64,000 nucleotides of DNA from an uncultured archaeon (GCA_964372485.1 CAYJQI010000001.1:323110-387109); one strand, 5' to 3'; positions 49,816 through 60,441 are shown, numbered from the stretch's first letter. Translations and numbers: made by a program. Notes: generated from the sequence alone by a model not told the origin.

Positions 49816-50919
49816 TTAATCACTTTTCAATATCTTTTCTGCTTTAGATCTCATCTTCTCTTTTTTCTTCTGATGGTCTTTAATAAATTTGGTTATAATC
49901 TCAACTGTAATTTCTTTCATCTCTCCATCAAGCATCTTTCCTGATTTATAATCATCATAGATTTTCTTCACTTTTTTGTCATCGTCCATGAAATGATAGT
50001 AAAGTAGTTCATATACGACTGAATCCTCTGGTACCCCACCAAGTTTCCTCTGTTCTTCAATTGTATTTCTCCCACCCGTTATAGCGCCCATAACCTTTCT
50101 CTTCACCATCTCAGGAGGATCATTTAACGAAAGCATCGATAGCGGGTCTCTTTTACTCATTTTACTATCACCCTTTAATGATCGGAAGAATTTGTGATAG
50201 ATTCCGGATATTGGTAAGAATTTGAATTCTGTAGTTTTCCTTATAATGTCTCTGCATAAAAGAATGTGATAAACTTGATCAGCACCTACTGGTATTAAAA
50301 CTATTTTTGGTCCACCAAATTCTGGTAATTGTGGCAAAAGCATATCACCACATTGTGTCAATGCTGCAAAATACAATCCAAGTTCTCTTTCACCATACAA
50401 ATTTTTCATGTGATTTGTTGTAACTTTTCTGCTGAAAAGATACGCCATGTTCATTACATGTTGTTCCTGAGATTGTCGGTAAATGTATGCATTTTTTGCA
50501 TCTAATCCAAGCGCAAGTAAATCAGCAACATTATCAATTGCGGTTTTCAGTTGTTCTTCTAAAGGTAAACCATTATCGACCATTCCTTCCAAATCTGCGA
50601 TAGCATAGAAAACTTTAGTTTTGAATTCTTTCTGGAAATAAATTATTTTTTCTGCAGTAATTTTACTTCCCAAGTGGAATTGATTGGTAGGTTTGATACC
50701 CGTCATTATGGCCGTAGGTTCTTTTTTCTCATATGCATCTAAAAATTTATCAAAATCTGTATGTGCAAAATCAATTCCTCTTCTGAGAAATCTGTTGGGA
50801 TGTTTTATTCTTTTTAAAATAGCACTGTCAATCGGTTTTATTCCCAATTCTGTTATTAATTTAGAATAATCCTTTACTTCTGATGCTCCAAATGGATCTA
50901 TCTTATTCTGGATGTCCAT
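49816..50919 (-). CDS. trpS: Tryptophanyl-tRNA synthetase.
   Basis: RRGIDFAHTDFDKFLDAYEKKEP N-terminus typical of archaeal TrpRS. HLGS and KMSK motifs. Confidence 0.8.
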   Translation of the reverse strand: MDIQNKIDPFGASEVKDYSKLITELGIKPIDSAILKRIKHPNRFLRRGIDFAHTDFDKFLDAYEKKEPTAIMTGIKPTNQFHLGSKITAEKIIYFQKEFKTKVFYAIADLEGMVDNGLPLEEQLKTAIDNVADLLALGLDAKNAYIYRQSQEQHVMNMAYLFSRKVTTNHMKNLYGERELGLYFAALTQCGDMLLPQLPEFGGPKIVLIPVGADQVYHILLCRDIIRKTTEFKFLPISGIYHKFFRSLKGDSKMSKRDPLSMLSLNDPPEMVKRKVMGAITGGRNTIEEQRKLGGVPEDSVVYELLYYHFMDDDKKVKKIYDDYKSGKMLDGEMKEITVEIITKFIKDHQKKKEKMRSKAEKILKSD

Positions 50920-51044
50920 AGAATCATAATCCTGTTAAGAAGTAATTTAGAAATCTGAGTAAATAAAATCTACAAACTATTGCTGAAAGGCATTCCATTG
51001 GAACATACCACTCATCTTTAATTACCAACCCCACTAATTTAAGC

Positions 51045-51054
51045 TTTAAAAATA
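51045..51054 (+). promoter_or_regulatory. Putative TATA box for the rps6e-eIF2gamma operon.
   Basis: TTTAAAAATA about 24 nt upstream of the ATG, suggesting a leaderless transcript. Confidence 0.35.
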
Positions 51055-51073
51055 TGTAATCTGTGATAAGATT

Positions 51074-51505
51074 ATGGCAAACTTCACAATTGTAATATCA
51101 GATCCAGAATCGAAGAAATCCTACCAGACTTTGGTAGATCAGAATAATGCTGTTTCTCTCGTTGGAAAGAAACTTGGAGAAGAAATATCAGGTGATATTT
51201 TTGGTATATCCGGCTATTCATTGAAAATAACAGGCGGAAGCGATAGGGATGGTTTTCCAATGAGTCCAGAATTTCCAGGACAAGGAAGAAGACGAGCACT
51301 TTTAAGAAAACCTCCTGGATTTCACCCAACTGCTCAGGGAGAAAGACGAAGAAAAACTATACGTGGAAATACAGTTTCAAATGAAATAGCACAAATCAAT
51401 TGCAAAGTTGTAAAGAAAGGAGATAAATCATTGGAAGAAGTTTTTGGTAAGAAAGAAGAAAAGAAGGAAGGGGGCGATGGAAGTACAGAACCAAAAGCAA
51501 GCTGA
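51074..51505 (+). CDS. rps6e: Ribosomal protein S6e.
   Basis: MANFTIVISDPESKKSYQ S6e N-terminus. Confidence 0.85.
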   Translation: MANFTIVISDPESKKSYQTLVDQNNAVSLVGKKLGEEISGDIFGISGYSLKITGGSDRDGFPMSPEFPGQGRRRALLRKPPGFHPTAQGERRRKTIRGNTVSNEIAQINCKVVKKGDKSLEEVFGKKEEKKEGGDGSTEPKAS

Positions 51506-52712
51506 TCCTCGATTGATTCCAGAAATTAATATTGGTATAGTCGGACACGTGTCCCATGGTAAAACAACTCTTGTAAAAGCATTGACCGGGAAACTTACAT
51601 TGACCCATTCGGAAGAATTGAAACGTGGAATAACTATTCGTTTGGGTTATGCTGATACTACAATTTACAAATGTTCAAGTTGCGGCAAGTATTCAGTTAA
51701 TCAAAAATGTATTTATTGTCTGTCTAGTGCAGAAGTTGTTAGAACAATAAGTTTTATTGATGCGCCAGGGCATGAAACTCTGATGGCGACTGTTCTTACA
51801 GGTGCGAGTTTAATGGATGGTGCTATTCTTTTAGTTGCCGCAAATGAAAAATGTCCACAACCGCAAACAAGAGAACATTTAACAGCACTTGAAGTTGTTG
51901 GAATTAAAAATGTAATCATTGTTCAAAGCAAGATAGACCTTGTAACAAAAGAACAAGCAGTTGAGAATTATAATCAAATAAAAGAATTCGTCAAAGGAAG
52001 CAGCATAGAAAATGCTCCTATAATTCCAGTCTCTTCACAATACAATATCAATATTGATTTTCTTCTTGAAACAATACAAAATGTTATTCCCTCATCACAA
52101 AAAGATTTGGACACAGATCCATTAATGTTTGTTGCGAGAAGTTTTGATGTCAACAAACCTGGTTACAAGCCTGAAGAATTATCAGGAGGAGTAATTGGAG
52201 GATCAGTTGTTCAAGGCAAGTTTAAAGTTGGTGATGAAATAGAAATTAAACCCGGTGTTCTCAAGAAAAATGTTTACTATTCTTTGAAAACTACCATAAA
52301 TGAATTGGAGAAAGGACATCAAAAATTAGAAGAAGCCGGTGCAGGAGGATTATTGGGATTGATGACAAAATTAGATCCGTCATTAGCAAAATCAGATGGT
52401 TTAGTCGGTAATGTAGTTGGAATGCCTGGTAAATTACCGCCAGTTATGACTTCGTTGAATGTTGAATTGCATTTATTGGAAAGAGTTGTCGGTGCAAAAG
52501 AATTGGAAACTGTGGAACCAATCAAAATGAACGAGACATTATTAATAAACAGAGGAACTAGCAGATCTGTTGGAAATGTTCTTTCTTCAAAGAAGGGAAT
52601 AATTCAATTGAACCTCAAGATTCCAATCTGTGCAAACATTAATGATAGAATTGTTATCTCACGACAAATCCAGGGAAGATGGAGATTAGTCGGTTACGGT
52701 ATTTTAAAATAA
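51444..52712 (+). CDS. eif2g: Translation initiation factor aIF2 gamma.
   Basis: NIGIVGHVSHGKTT G-domain and a Cys4 zinc knuckle. The true start is probably MEVQ at 51477. Confidence 0.9.
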   Translation: MVRKKKRRKGAMEVQNQKQADPRLIPEINIGIVGHVSHGKTTLVKALTGKLTLTHSEELKRGITIRLGYADTTIYKCSSCGKYSVNQKCIYCLSSAEVVRTISFIDAPGHETLMATVLTGASLMDGAILLVAANEKCPQPQTREHLTALEVVGIKNVIIVQSKIDLVTKEQAVENYNQIKEFVKGSSIENAPIIPVSSQYNINIDFLLETIQNVIPSSQKDLDTDPLMFVARSFDVNKPGYKPEELSGGVIGGSVVQGKFKVGDEIEIKPGVLKKNVYYSLKTTINELEKGHQKLEEAGAGGLLGLMTKLDPSLAKSDGLVGNVVGMPGKLPPVMTSLNVELHLLERVVGAKELETVEPIKMNETLLINRGTSRSVGNVLSSKKGIIQLNLKIPICANINDRIVISRQIQGRWRLVGYGILK

Positions 52713-53165
52713 TTATCCTGTGCAAGATACTGCAGCTTCAATTGTTCTTCCTGCAGGTGGGGTTATTCTATAAACACAACTTCTTGCAACCCCAACGGTG
52801 GTGCATCCACGATCTATTAAATTAGCTGGTGCACCAGCCCCTACGGGAGATCTATCACCCTCCATGTCTAGAGTACCCCCACCACTAGTTCTAGTTACTG
52901 TTACTGATCCACAAGTTGCTACGTTTCCTGATATTGTACAATCTGCAAAAGTTCCTCCACTACCTACAAATGTAATTTCACTTGTACCGATATTTCTGAA
53001 TGCAATTCTTGCCTGAGTGCCAGCAGTGCAATAACTATCAGAAATATCAATTCCTTGAAGCTCTCTTTTGAATGAAGCGTTAATGAATGTATAAGCAGTT
53101 CCTGCCAAACCTATTGTAATCATCAGCATCAGAATAGTAGCAATAATCGTCGAAACCCCTTTCAT
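52713..53165 (-). CDS. Small pilin / archaellin-N-terminal-domain protein.
   Basis: MKG|VSTIIATILMLMITIGLAG class III signal peptide. Confidence 0.6.
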   Translation of the reverse strand: MKGVSTIIATILMLMITIGLAGTAYTFINASFKRELQGIDISDSYCTAGTQARIAFRNIGTSEITFVGSGGTFADCTISGNVATCGSVTVTRTSGGGTLDMEGDRSPVGAGAPANLIDRGCTTVGVARSCVYRITPPAGRTIEAAVSCTG

Positions 53166-53206
53166 ACAGCACCTTTATAAAATATTTGGTGACCGCTTTT
53201 TAAATA

Positions 53207-53602
53207 TCACTGGCAAGAAACAGCTGCAACTATTGATTTACCAACTGGAGGTGAAATTCTGTAAACACATGTTCTTCCCTCTGTTCCCTCACATTCATCT
53301 ATCATAGTAACAAGCGCTTCAGACAATATGTTTTCTTTACTCCATGTAACACTTGTCGTTGAATCAGATTGCATTACAATTATACTTGAAGAATCTATGG
53401 GGGATGTGCCGATATTTCTAACCAATATATTCGCAGTGGAAATACCCGTCGTAGGATCTTTAAAACAATATGCATCAACAAGTTGCATTCCTTGTGTTTG
53501 TTGCGAAAAAATAATTGAAATGAACATATAAGCTGCTCCAGCTAAGCTAATTGTAATAATCATCATAATTAGGTTTCCAATAATATCAGAAATCGCCTTC
53601 AT
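53207..53602 (-). CDS. Small pilin / archaellin-N-terminal-domain protein.
   Basis: MKAISDIIGNLIMMIITISLAG. Paralogue of the preceding gene. Confidence 0.6.
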   Translation of the reverse strand: MKAISDIIGNLIMMIITISLAGAAYMFISIIFSQQTQGMQLVDAYCFKDPTTGISTANILVRNIGTSPIDSSSIIVMQSDSTTSVTWSKENILSEALVTMIDECEGTEGRTCVYRISPPVGKSIVAAVSCQ

Positions 53603-53653
53603 CTTCTCTGAGTTATATTTAACACTTCCGAATATAAGCTATAAGAGAGTTTC

Positions 53654-54022
53654 ATGAAGATTTTGCTTGACACAAATTTCCTTATCGATATGATGAGGTT
53701 CAAAGTAGATTTGAATGAACTTGATGAATTGATAGATTCTGAATATTCTTTAGCCGTTATAACGCCAGTTTTACAAGAATTAAGAACTATATCCAACAGA
53801 AAAACGAAAGAATCTATGTACGCCAAGGTCGCATTGAAACTAATTGAGGTAGAAAATTTGGAAATTATTAAATCAGGTAAAAGAACCGACGAAGAACTAG
53901 TGAATTTGTCCCATGGTAAAACCATCGTAGCAACCAATGATGGTGGCTTGAGGAAAGAGTTAAAAGCTTTGGGGAAGAAATCTATTTATTTAAAATCTAA
54001 AAAACATTTAGCTATAGGTTAG
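53654..54022 (+). CDS. PIN-domain protein.
   Basis: [12 protein letters not shown]...TNDG acidic residues. Confidence 0.6.
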   Translation: MKILLDTNFLIDMMRFKVDLNELDELIDSEYSLAVITPVLQELRTISNRKTKESMYAKVALKLIEVENLEIIKSGKRTDEELVNLSHGKTIVATNDGGLRKELKALGKKSIYLKSKKHLAIG

Positions 54023-54027
54023 ATAAA

Positions 54028-55995
54028 ATGGTAGTGTTATTCGGATTCGGCGCTGGGGTACTTGCATTGATATATGCAACCTATCTTATCCTACGTATCA
54101 ACTCTAAACAAGCTGGAAACAATCGAATGGTCGAAATTGCGAGTGCGATTAGAAATGGTGCAAATGCATACCTTGTTAGACAGTACAAAGTTCTTGTTCC
54201 TATTCTAGTTGTTCTATCAGTCATACTTTACTTTACATTTGGTTTATGGACTGTGATTACATTTGTTGCCGGTGCTGTAATGTCGGCATTGGCAGGATAC
54301 ATCGGAATGAGTATTTCAGTTCGTGCAAATGTTAGAACTGCGGAAGCTGCAAAATCAGGATTATCAAAAGCACTTGATGTTGCTTTCAAAGGAGGAGCTG
54401 TTACAGGATTTGTTGTTGCAGGTTTGGCACTTTTGGGTGTTACTTCGATTTTATTTTTTACAGAAGATGTTGCATTAACGGTTGGGTTTGGTTTTGGTGC
54501 AAGTTTGATAAGTTTGTTTATGAGAGTCGGTGGTGGAATATACACAAAAGCAGCTGATGTTGGTGCAGATCTTGTAGGAAAAATCGAGAAAGGAATTCCA
54601 GAAGACGATCCAAGAAATCCAGGAGTGATTGCAGATAATGTTGGTGACAATGTTGGTGATTGTGCGGGAATGGCTGCTGATCTTTTTGAATCATATTCCA
54701 TTACATTAATCGCAGCAATGCTTTTGGGATTATCAATAGGAATTGGTGCAGTTTTGTTCCCAATTACAATCGGTGCAGCTGCAATAGTAGCTTCGATCGT
54801 AGGAACATTTTTTGTAAGATTGAGTAACGATCAGAATATTTGGAATGCATTGTACAAAGGAGTTCTTGTTACGGCAGGAGTTTCAGCGGTTTTATTCTTC
54901 TTATTGTCATTCTTCATTTTCAAAAATCTGAATATATTTTACGCATCATTAGTTGGTCTTGTTGCAACACTTGGAATAACTTATATAACTGAATTTTACA
55001 CTGCACGTGATAGAAAAGCTGTGAAGGAAGTCGCTGAAGCAGCAAAGACAGGTGCAGGTACAAATGTAATTGCAGGTCTTGCATTAGGAATGAGAAGCAC
55101 ATACCCTACAGCAATATTGATTGGAGTTGCTATATTCGCAGCATATTATTTTGCAGGAGTTTATGGAATTGCAGTTGCAGCTTTAGGAATGCTTTCTGTA
55201 ACTGCGATGATTGTTGCAGTTGATTCTTATGGACCAATAACTGATAATGCAGGTGGAATTGCTGAAATGGCAAGATTGCCAGCAAAAGTAAGAAAAGTTA
55301 CTGATGCACTTGATGCTGTGGGTAATACAACAAAGGCTGTTACAAAAGGATTTGCAATTGGATCTGCTGCATTAGCTGCATTGTCTTTGTTTGTTGCATA
55401 TGCAGAATCTGCACAATTACAAGTTATTGACATATTGAAGGTGAATGTAGTAATTGGATTGTTTGTTGGTGGAATGATTCCATTTTTGTTTTCATCATTT
55501 TTGATGAGAGCAGTTGGAAAGGCAGCATTTTCAATAGTTGAAGAAGTTCGAAGACAATTCAAGACAATTAAAGGAATTATGGATGGTAAAGCTAAACCAG
55601 ATTATGCGGCATGTGTTGATATAACAACGAAAGCTGCATTGAAAGAATTTGTTGTTCCAGGAGTGATTGCAGTTTTAGCACCATTAGCAGTTGGATTTCT
55701 ACTTGGAGCAGAAGCTCTGGGTGGAATGTTGGCAGGAAGTATTGTTACAGGATTGTTGATGGCAATAATGATGGCGAATGCAGGTGCGGCATGGGATAAT
55801 TCTAAGAAATTTATCGAAGCAGGTAACTTTGGTGGAAAAGGTTCTGAAGCACACAAAGCAGCTGTTGTAGGTGATACCGTTGGAGACCCTTACAAAGACA
55901 CGGCTGGACCAAGCTTAAATCCTTTAATAAAAGTAATGAATATGGTTGCTCTTTTAGCAGCTGTTTTAATAATAAAGTATTCGTGGTTGGGATAA
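54028..55995 (+). CDS. hppA: Membrane H+/Na+-translocating pyrophosphatase.
   Basis: [39 protein letters not shown] and [15 protein letters not shown] motifs. Confidence 0.9.
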   Translation: MVVLFGFGAGVLALIYATYLILRINSKQAGNNRMVEIASAIRNGANAYLVRQYKVLVPILVVLSVILYFTFGLWTVITFVAGAVMSALAGYIGMSISVRANVRTAEAAKSGLSKALDVAFKGGAVTGFVVAGLALLGVTSILFFTEDVALTVGFGFGASLISLFMRVGGGIYTKAADVGADLVGKIEKGIPEDDPRNPGVIADNVGDNVGDCAGMAADLFESYSITLIAAMLLGLSIGIGAVLFPITIGAAAIVASIVGTFFVRLSNDQNIWNALYKGVLVTAGVSAVLFFLLSFFIFKNLNIFYASLVGLVATLGITYITEFYTARDRKAVKEVAEAAKTGAGTNVIAGLALGMRSTYPTAILIGVAIFAAYYFAGVYGIAVAALGMLSVTAMIVAVDSYGPITDNAGGIAEMARLPAKVRKVTDALDAVGNTTKAVTKGFAIGSAALAALSLFVAYAESAQLQVIDILKVNVVIGLFVGGMIPFLFSSFLMRAVGKAAFSIVEEVRRQFKTIKGIMDGKAKPDYAACVDITTKAALKEFVVPGVIAVLAPLAVGFLLGAEALGGMLAGSIVTGLLMAIMMANAGAAWDNSKKFIEAGNFGGKGSEAHKAAVVGDTVGDPYKDTAGPSLNPLIKVMNMVALLAAVLIIKYSWLG

Positions 55996-56556
55996 ATGTA
56001 TAGAGTAATGACAATTGAAGATACAATTAGAGTACCCCCTGAAAAGTTTACAATGAAGTCTCGGGATGCAGTCAGGCAAGCACTATCTGATAAATATGAG
56101 TGTTTGATTGAACCCAAGCTTGGTGTTGTTTTGATGATTATAAATGTTGACAAGATTAGCGAAGGAAAGATATTCCCAGAAGATCCTGGTATACATTACC
56201 CTGTTATTTTCAAAGCTTTGGTTTACAGACCAGAAATACACGAACTAGCTTTTGGTGAAGTAGTCGACAATACAGAATTTGGCTCATTTGTACGAGTCGG
56301 TCCACTTGACGGATTGGTTCATATTTCACAATTAATGGATGATTATGTGAGTTTTGACAGCAAAAATTCTTTATTCTTAGGAAAGGAAACCAAAAAGACT
56401 TTGAAAGAAGGAGATCTTGTCAGAGGAAGAGTAATTTCAATTTCTTGGGAAGAAGGGAATAAGATTGGATTAACAATGAGACAACCTCTTCTTGGCGCTC
56501 TACAATGGATAGAAGCTGATAAAAAGAAACAATTAAAAGCTACGAAAGAGAAGTGA
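55996..56556 (+). CDS. rpoE: RNA polymerase subunit E' (Rpb7 homologue).
   Basis: S1-domain architecture with the conserved N-terminus. Confidence 0.85.
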   Translation: MYRVMTIEDTIRVPPEKFTMKSRDAVRQALSDKYECLIEPKLGVVLMIINVDKISEGKIFPEDPGIHYPVIFKALVYRPEIHELAFGEVVDNTEFGSFVRVGPLDGLVHISQLMDDYVSFDSKNSLFLGKETKKTLKEGDLVRGRVISISWEEGNKIGLTMRQPLLGALQWIEADKKKQLKATKEK

Positions 56557-56560
56557 TTGA

Positions 56561-56749
56561 ATGGCTAAACGATTGCAGGTCTGTAGAAATTGTAGACGAT
56601 TTACAAGCGAAAAAGTATGTGAATTTTGCAAATCTACTAATCTTTCTACAAGTTGGAAAGGATTGGTTGTTATTACAGATGCAAACAGTGAGATGGCTAA
56701 ACTTCTAAACATAGTTGAACCAGGTCGTTATGCAATTTATGTAGAGTGA
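56561..56749 (+). CDS. spt4: Spt4 / RpoE'' zinc-ribbon protein.
   Basis: CRNCRRF...CEFC. Confidence 0.7.
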   Translation: MAKRLQVCRNCRRFTSEKVCEFCKSTNLSTSWKGLVVITDANSEMAKLLNIVEPGRYAIYVE

Positions 56750-56753
56750 TTTT

Positions 56754-57050
56754 ATGGAATTAACAATAGTTACAGAAAAGGAAAATCCATTTTTCAAAAG
56801 AAAGGATTTGGAAGTCAAAGTAAAACATACAGGAAATTCTACACCATCAAAAGTTGACTTGACAAAAGAACTCGCGACGAAATACAGTGTTGATAATTCA
56901 CAGGTTGTTATCAATTACGTCTCTTCACAGAGAGGAATTGGGGAAACATTCATAAAATGTAAAATTTTAAATGAGAAACCTAAGGAAGTTCCGAAACCAC
57001 AAGAAGTAAAAGGTGAGCAAACTGAAACACAAGCTAGTCCAACAGCATAA
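56754..57050 (+). CDS. rps24e: Ribosomal protein S24e.
   Basis: Conserved S24e N-terminus and gene order. Confidence 0.8.
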   Translation: MELTIVTEKENPFFKRKDLEVKVKHTGNSTPSKVDLTKELATKYSVDNSQVVINYVSSQRGIGETFIKCKILNEKPKEVPKPQEVKGEQTETQASPTA

Positions 57051-57189
57051 ATATTATCTGATTAAAGAGGGGAAAGTTGAAAGAACTAGACGATACTGTC
57101 CACGATGCGGAACATCTATCTTAGCTCAACATAAGAATCGACTTACATGCGGTAAATGTACATATTCAGAAATTTTAAAAACAAATTAA
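57013..57189 (+). CDS. rps27ae: Ribosomal protein S27ae, below the ORF-track cut-off.
   Basis: Read manually. ...HKYYLIKEGKVERTRRYCPRCGTSILAQHKNRLTCGKCTYSEI. The in-frame GTG start at 57013 is uncertain. Confidence 0.6.
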   Translation: MSKLKHKLVQQHKYYLIKEGKVERTRRYCPRCGTSILAQHKNRLTCGKCTYSEILKTN

Positions 57190-57417
57190 CTATTCAACAA
57201 ATTCTACTCTCGTAGTTTTTTCATCCTTAACAATTTTTACTCTAATTTTTGGATTTTTTTCAGACCAAAACTTTTCATTAAGTCCCTGTGAAATTTTCAA
57301 ATTATCATCCTTGAATTTTTCTCTAATTATTTTTGCAAATGCACTTTGTCTTTTCCAAACAGGAACTTTTTTCAATTCTTTTCTCAGATTTAACTTGACT
57401 AATTTTTCTTCTGCCAT
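57190..57417 (-). CDS. rpl31e: Ribosomal protein L31e.
   Basis: L31e-like pattern (LNLRKEL...IREKF...LNEKFW...RVKIV). Confidence 0.65.
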   Translation of the reverse strand: MAEEKLVKLNLRKELKKVPVWKRQSAFAKIIREKFKDDNLKISQGLNEKFWSEKNPKIRVKIVKDEKTTRVEFVE

Positions 57418-57419
57418 AA

Positions 57420-57587
57420 TTATACCTTAATTCTAGTTCTTCTCCATCTTTTTATTGATGTTATTTGTATTCTTCTTCTCCTTGCCTTTTTCATTCCAAA
57501 TTTTCTTATGTCTGCCCATCTTGGAGCATTCTTTACTTTGTGAATTCTCGCAAGTTTTATCTTCTTACCAACTGTTTTTCGGCTCAT
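57420..57587 (-). CDS. rpl39e: Ribosomal protein L39e (55 aa), below the ORF-track cut-off.
   Basis: Translated manually: MSRKTVGKKIKLARIHKVKNAPRWADIRKF...KRWRRTRIKV. Confidence 0.7.
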   Translation of the reverse strand: MSRKTVGKKIKLARIHKVKNAPRWADIRKFGMKKARRRRIQITSIKRWRRTRIKV

Positions 57588-58345
57588 TTAACCAACTTTC
57601 GTAATTCTTTGGATTTTTCAATCGCTATATCAAAAATTTCTTCCAATCTATCAAATTCTATTCCACTATATCCTTGTTTTTGTATTGCGCAAATCTTATC
57701 ATCTTCTCTAACTGCAATTGAAAGTTTCGTTTCTATGATTGGTTCTTCCTCTTTTGTCGGATCCAAAAATAATTTGTCACCTACCTTGCATACAGAAACT
57801 GTTACAGGTTTGTGTGCAATAGGTAATTTACCTTCACGTTCACCTTTTATGATCTTTCCTTCTGCATCAAGCTTTGGCATTCTTGCACTTAAAAGAGCTG
57901 AAATTGCTGCTAATGCAGCTGCATCCAAAAGATTACCTTGATTGTCAATTATATGAATGTCGATGAAAACACTCCAGCATTTTTCACCAGGCGTGATAAT
58001 AAGTTTTTCCATTTCAATTGTTTTTGATTCTCTAATTCCACGATCAACAATTCTCGCAAGTTCGATTGCATTTTCACTAGGTGGACCTGATTCGAAATCA
58101 GGTGATGCCAATGGTGTAAATTCTGCGCCTACTGACAGCACTCCTTCATTCGGCGTATCAGCAAAAGGTGTTCCAACACCCATTTTCACTCCAACAAGAA
58201 CTTGTGTATTTCCCAATCTAATATGAGTAGACCCTTCCGCCTTTTCTATCACATTTTCCTTAATCTCAATATTTCTAAATTGCGTAAATTCTCTTTTGTC
58301 AACTCTTTTATTATTCTGTATCAATTCTAATGCGTATGTTTCCAT
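57584..58345 (-). CDS. rrp42: Exosome subunit Rrp42.
   Basis: RNase PH-like, catalytically inactive. Gene order places it after rrp41. Confidence 0.85.
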   Translation of the reverse strand: METYALELIQNNKRVDKREFTQFRNIEIKENVIEKAEGSTHIRLGNTQVLVGVKMGVGTPFADTPNEGVLSVGAEFTPLASPDFESGPPSENAIELARIVDRGIRESKTIEMEKLIITPGEKCWSVFIDIHIIDNQGNLLDAAALAAISALLSARMPKLDAEGKIIKGEREGKLPIAHKPVTVSVCKVGDKLFLDPTKEEEPIIETKLSIAVREDDKICAIQKQGYSGIEFDRLEEIFDIAIEKSKELRKLVK

Positions 58346-59076
58346 TATTCTTCACCTTTGTATTTTTCTAATAATGCGACTTTTTGCATTTCATAAACTT
58401 TCTCACATGTTTCTTTCGCCATTTTTACAAGTTTCATAACTTCCGCCTTTGTCAAAACACCATCCATCTGAAGTAATGTTACAAGATTTTTTGTTGGCAT
58501 CATTGCAACTGCTACATCAGCTTCTGAATTGTTGTCTTCTATTCCATTCAAATCAACAATCAATGTTCCATTTATTTTTCCAACAGAACATGCTGTGACC
58601 AAATCTCTCATTGGTATGCCTGAAGATGCTAATGCAAGTGTTAATGCATTAATTCCCGTTACTCTTGTGCTACCATCAGCTTCTATGATTTCAATAAATC
58701 CATCAACAGTTGATTTCGGATAATCGTCCAAAAATAATGAAGGTTCCAATGCAAGTCTTATGACTTTGGACAATTCTGTACTTCTTCTGTCCTGTCCTGG
58801 AGATTTTCGATCATCAACAGAGAATGGTGCCATGTTATATCTTACACGTAAAATTCCTCTTTGTGATTCTTGCATATGCCTAGGGAAAACAGGTCTAGGT
58901 CCATGGACAGCTGCCAGTGCAGTTGTGTGACCAAAGCTAACTTGTGCAGATCCATTCGCACTCGTAATGTTCCCAACATTCATTTTAATTTCTCTAGGTT
59001 GGTCTGACGTTCTTTTATCAGTTCTTATCCCGTCGATTATCAATTCAATATCAGATTTCTTTCCCATTTTATACAC
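58345..59076 (-). CDS. rrp41: Exosome catalytic subunit Rrp41.
   Basis: RTDKR...ANGSAQVSFGHTTALAAVHGPR and GQDRRSTE motifs. Confidence 0.9.
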   Translation of the reverse strand: MYKMGKKSDIELIIDGIRTDKRTSDQPREIKMNVGNITSANGSAQVSFGHTTALAAVHGPRPVFPRHMQESQRGILRVRYNMAPFSVDDRKSPGQDRRSTELSKVIRLALEPSLFLDDYPKSTVDGFIEIIEADGSTRVTGINALTLALASSGIPMRDLVTACSVGKINGTLIVDLNGIEDNNSEADVAVAMMPTKNLVTLLQMDGVLTKAEVMKLVKMAKETCEKVYEMQKVALLEKYKGEE

Positions 59077-59725
59077 CTAACATTTTTTCAATTTTTTCTG
59101 TCAATCCGGTAGTATGCGAATCTCTTTCGATTGTGAGAATTGCTTCAATAGCTTTATCCTTTTCATCTCCTCTTATCCAAACCCATCCATTCTGACCCGC
59201 AATTATTTCGCATCCTGTTTTCGTTTTAATCATTGATATCATACTTCCTTCCTTTCCAATTAATCTTGGCACTTTCGATGGTGTAATCTTCATTGTAATT
59301 CCGCCGCGTAATTTTCTTGATTCGAAATCTCGCATTGAAAGTTGTATTGTTTTGTTTCTAGTAACACGAGATATTTTTCCAAAAACAACATCGCCTATAT
59401 CAAAGTACCTGCTCAAATCGCTTCTCTTATCGACAAATTCATCGATCGCTTCGCTCAATGGTAAGAATGCCGAATATGGTGAATTTATTTCAACAAACCA
59501 TCCTGAAAGTTCAACTTCTTCAATAACACCCAAAATTCTATCACCAAATCTTGGAAGATAAACTCCCGCCAATGGAATAACTGAAATTTCATTTTCGTTA
59601 ATTCGTGGCATACCTAAGAATTTCGAGAATACTTTCTCTCCTTCTTCATAAACACCCATTCCAAGTTTCCTACCTTTTCTTTCTTCTAGTTCATCTCCCG
59701 GTAAAACAACTTCTCTTGAACTCAT
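59069..59725 (-). CDS. rrp4: Exosome RNA-binding subunit Rrp4 (S1 plus KH).
   Basis: S1 and KH (IGKEGSMI) motifs. Confidence 0.85.
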   Translation of the reverse strand: MSSREVVLPGDELEERKGRKLGMGVYEEGEKVFSKFLGMPRINENEISVIPLAGVYLPRFGDRILGVIEEVELSGWFVEINSPYSAFLPLSEAIDEFVDKRSDLSRYFDIGDVVFGKISRVTRNKTIQLSMRDFESRKLRGGITMKITPSKVPRLIGKEGSMISMIKTKTGCEIIAGQNGWVWIRGDEKDKAIEAILTIERDSHTTGLTEKIEKMLGV

Positions 59726-60441
59726 ACATCTTCCCTCTTTAATATTTTTGATTCAAAACTACCATGAGTTAGATTCGAAAGTTTTTGAATAAAATCATCC
59801 ATGACTCCTGCAAGCATTTCTATGCTAACTTGCAATGAACCATCATTCAACCATTCTTCACTCAATAATTTTCCAGCGGATTTGACTACTGAAAATGACT
59901 TTCCAGCAACTTGTGGTTGGATTTTGACTTGAATTGTAACTTTTTGGAATCTGATCGGTATCAATGGCTTGATCGCAGGAATTACTTTTTCAACTTGGGC
60001 TTCTGCATCAATAAAAGGATCAATGTTCACACCAGCTTGGTGCATCGCATTCAATATTCTTTGTTCTGGATGAGGCGTATTTGTTTGAGGGTTTATTCCT
60101 CTTTTCGAAATAATTGACGCAACTAGGTTTCTTTTCTGTTCGACCATGGCTTTTCTCTGTTCTGTGGTTATTTGTATTTCCCCTTCTTTCAAAATTTTCG
60201 GAGCTATCTTCGCTACATCAGTTGTCCCGAAGGCTTTCTGTAGTTCACTGTCAGCCATAGTTTCTGCAGCCTTAACATCCTTGTAAACTGTCGGATATGC
60301 AAGTATTTCTTCCATAGAAACCGCCTTACCGCTCTTAAAATCCATCGCTTTATTAGGATCTACAAGCAGTTCAAACCTTTGGTTCGAGTAATTCAACCTC
60401 GCTATTACAGCCTTTTCTATACTTACCGTCAACAGAATCAC
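59722..60441 (-). CDS. sdo1: SBDS/Sdo1 ribosome maturation factor.
   Basis: VIARL...FELLVDP N-terminal pattern and gene context. Confidence 0.8.
   Translation of the reverse strand: MILLTVSIEKAVIARLNYSNQRFELLVDPNKAMDFKSGKAVSMEEILAYPTVYKDVKAAETMADSELQKAFGTTDVAKIAPKILKEGEIQITTEQRKAMVEQKRNLVASIISKRGINPQTNTPHPEQRILNAMHQAGVNIDPFIDAEAQVEKVIPAIKPLIPIRFQKVTIQVKIQPQVAGKSFSVVKSAGKLLSEEWLNDGSLQVSIEMLAGVMDDFIQKLSNLTHGSFESKILKREDV

Noticed and set aside
53599-53937. 112-aa minus-strand ORF.
   Set aside because: It overlaps the plus-strand PIN-domain gene, which has clear conserved acidic residues.
54228-54701. 157-aa minus-strand ORF.
   Set aside because: Antisense within the H+-pyrophosphatase gene. 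Its A/P/T-rich composition is a mirror-frame artefact.
57465-57941. 158-aa plus-strand ORF.
   Set aside because: It overlaps the L39e and rrp42 coding regions on the opposite strand and has no motifs.
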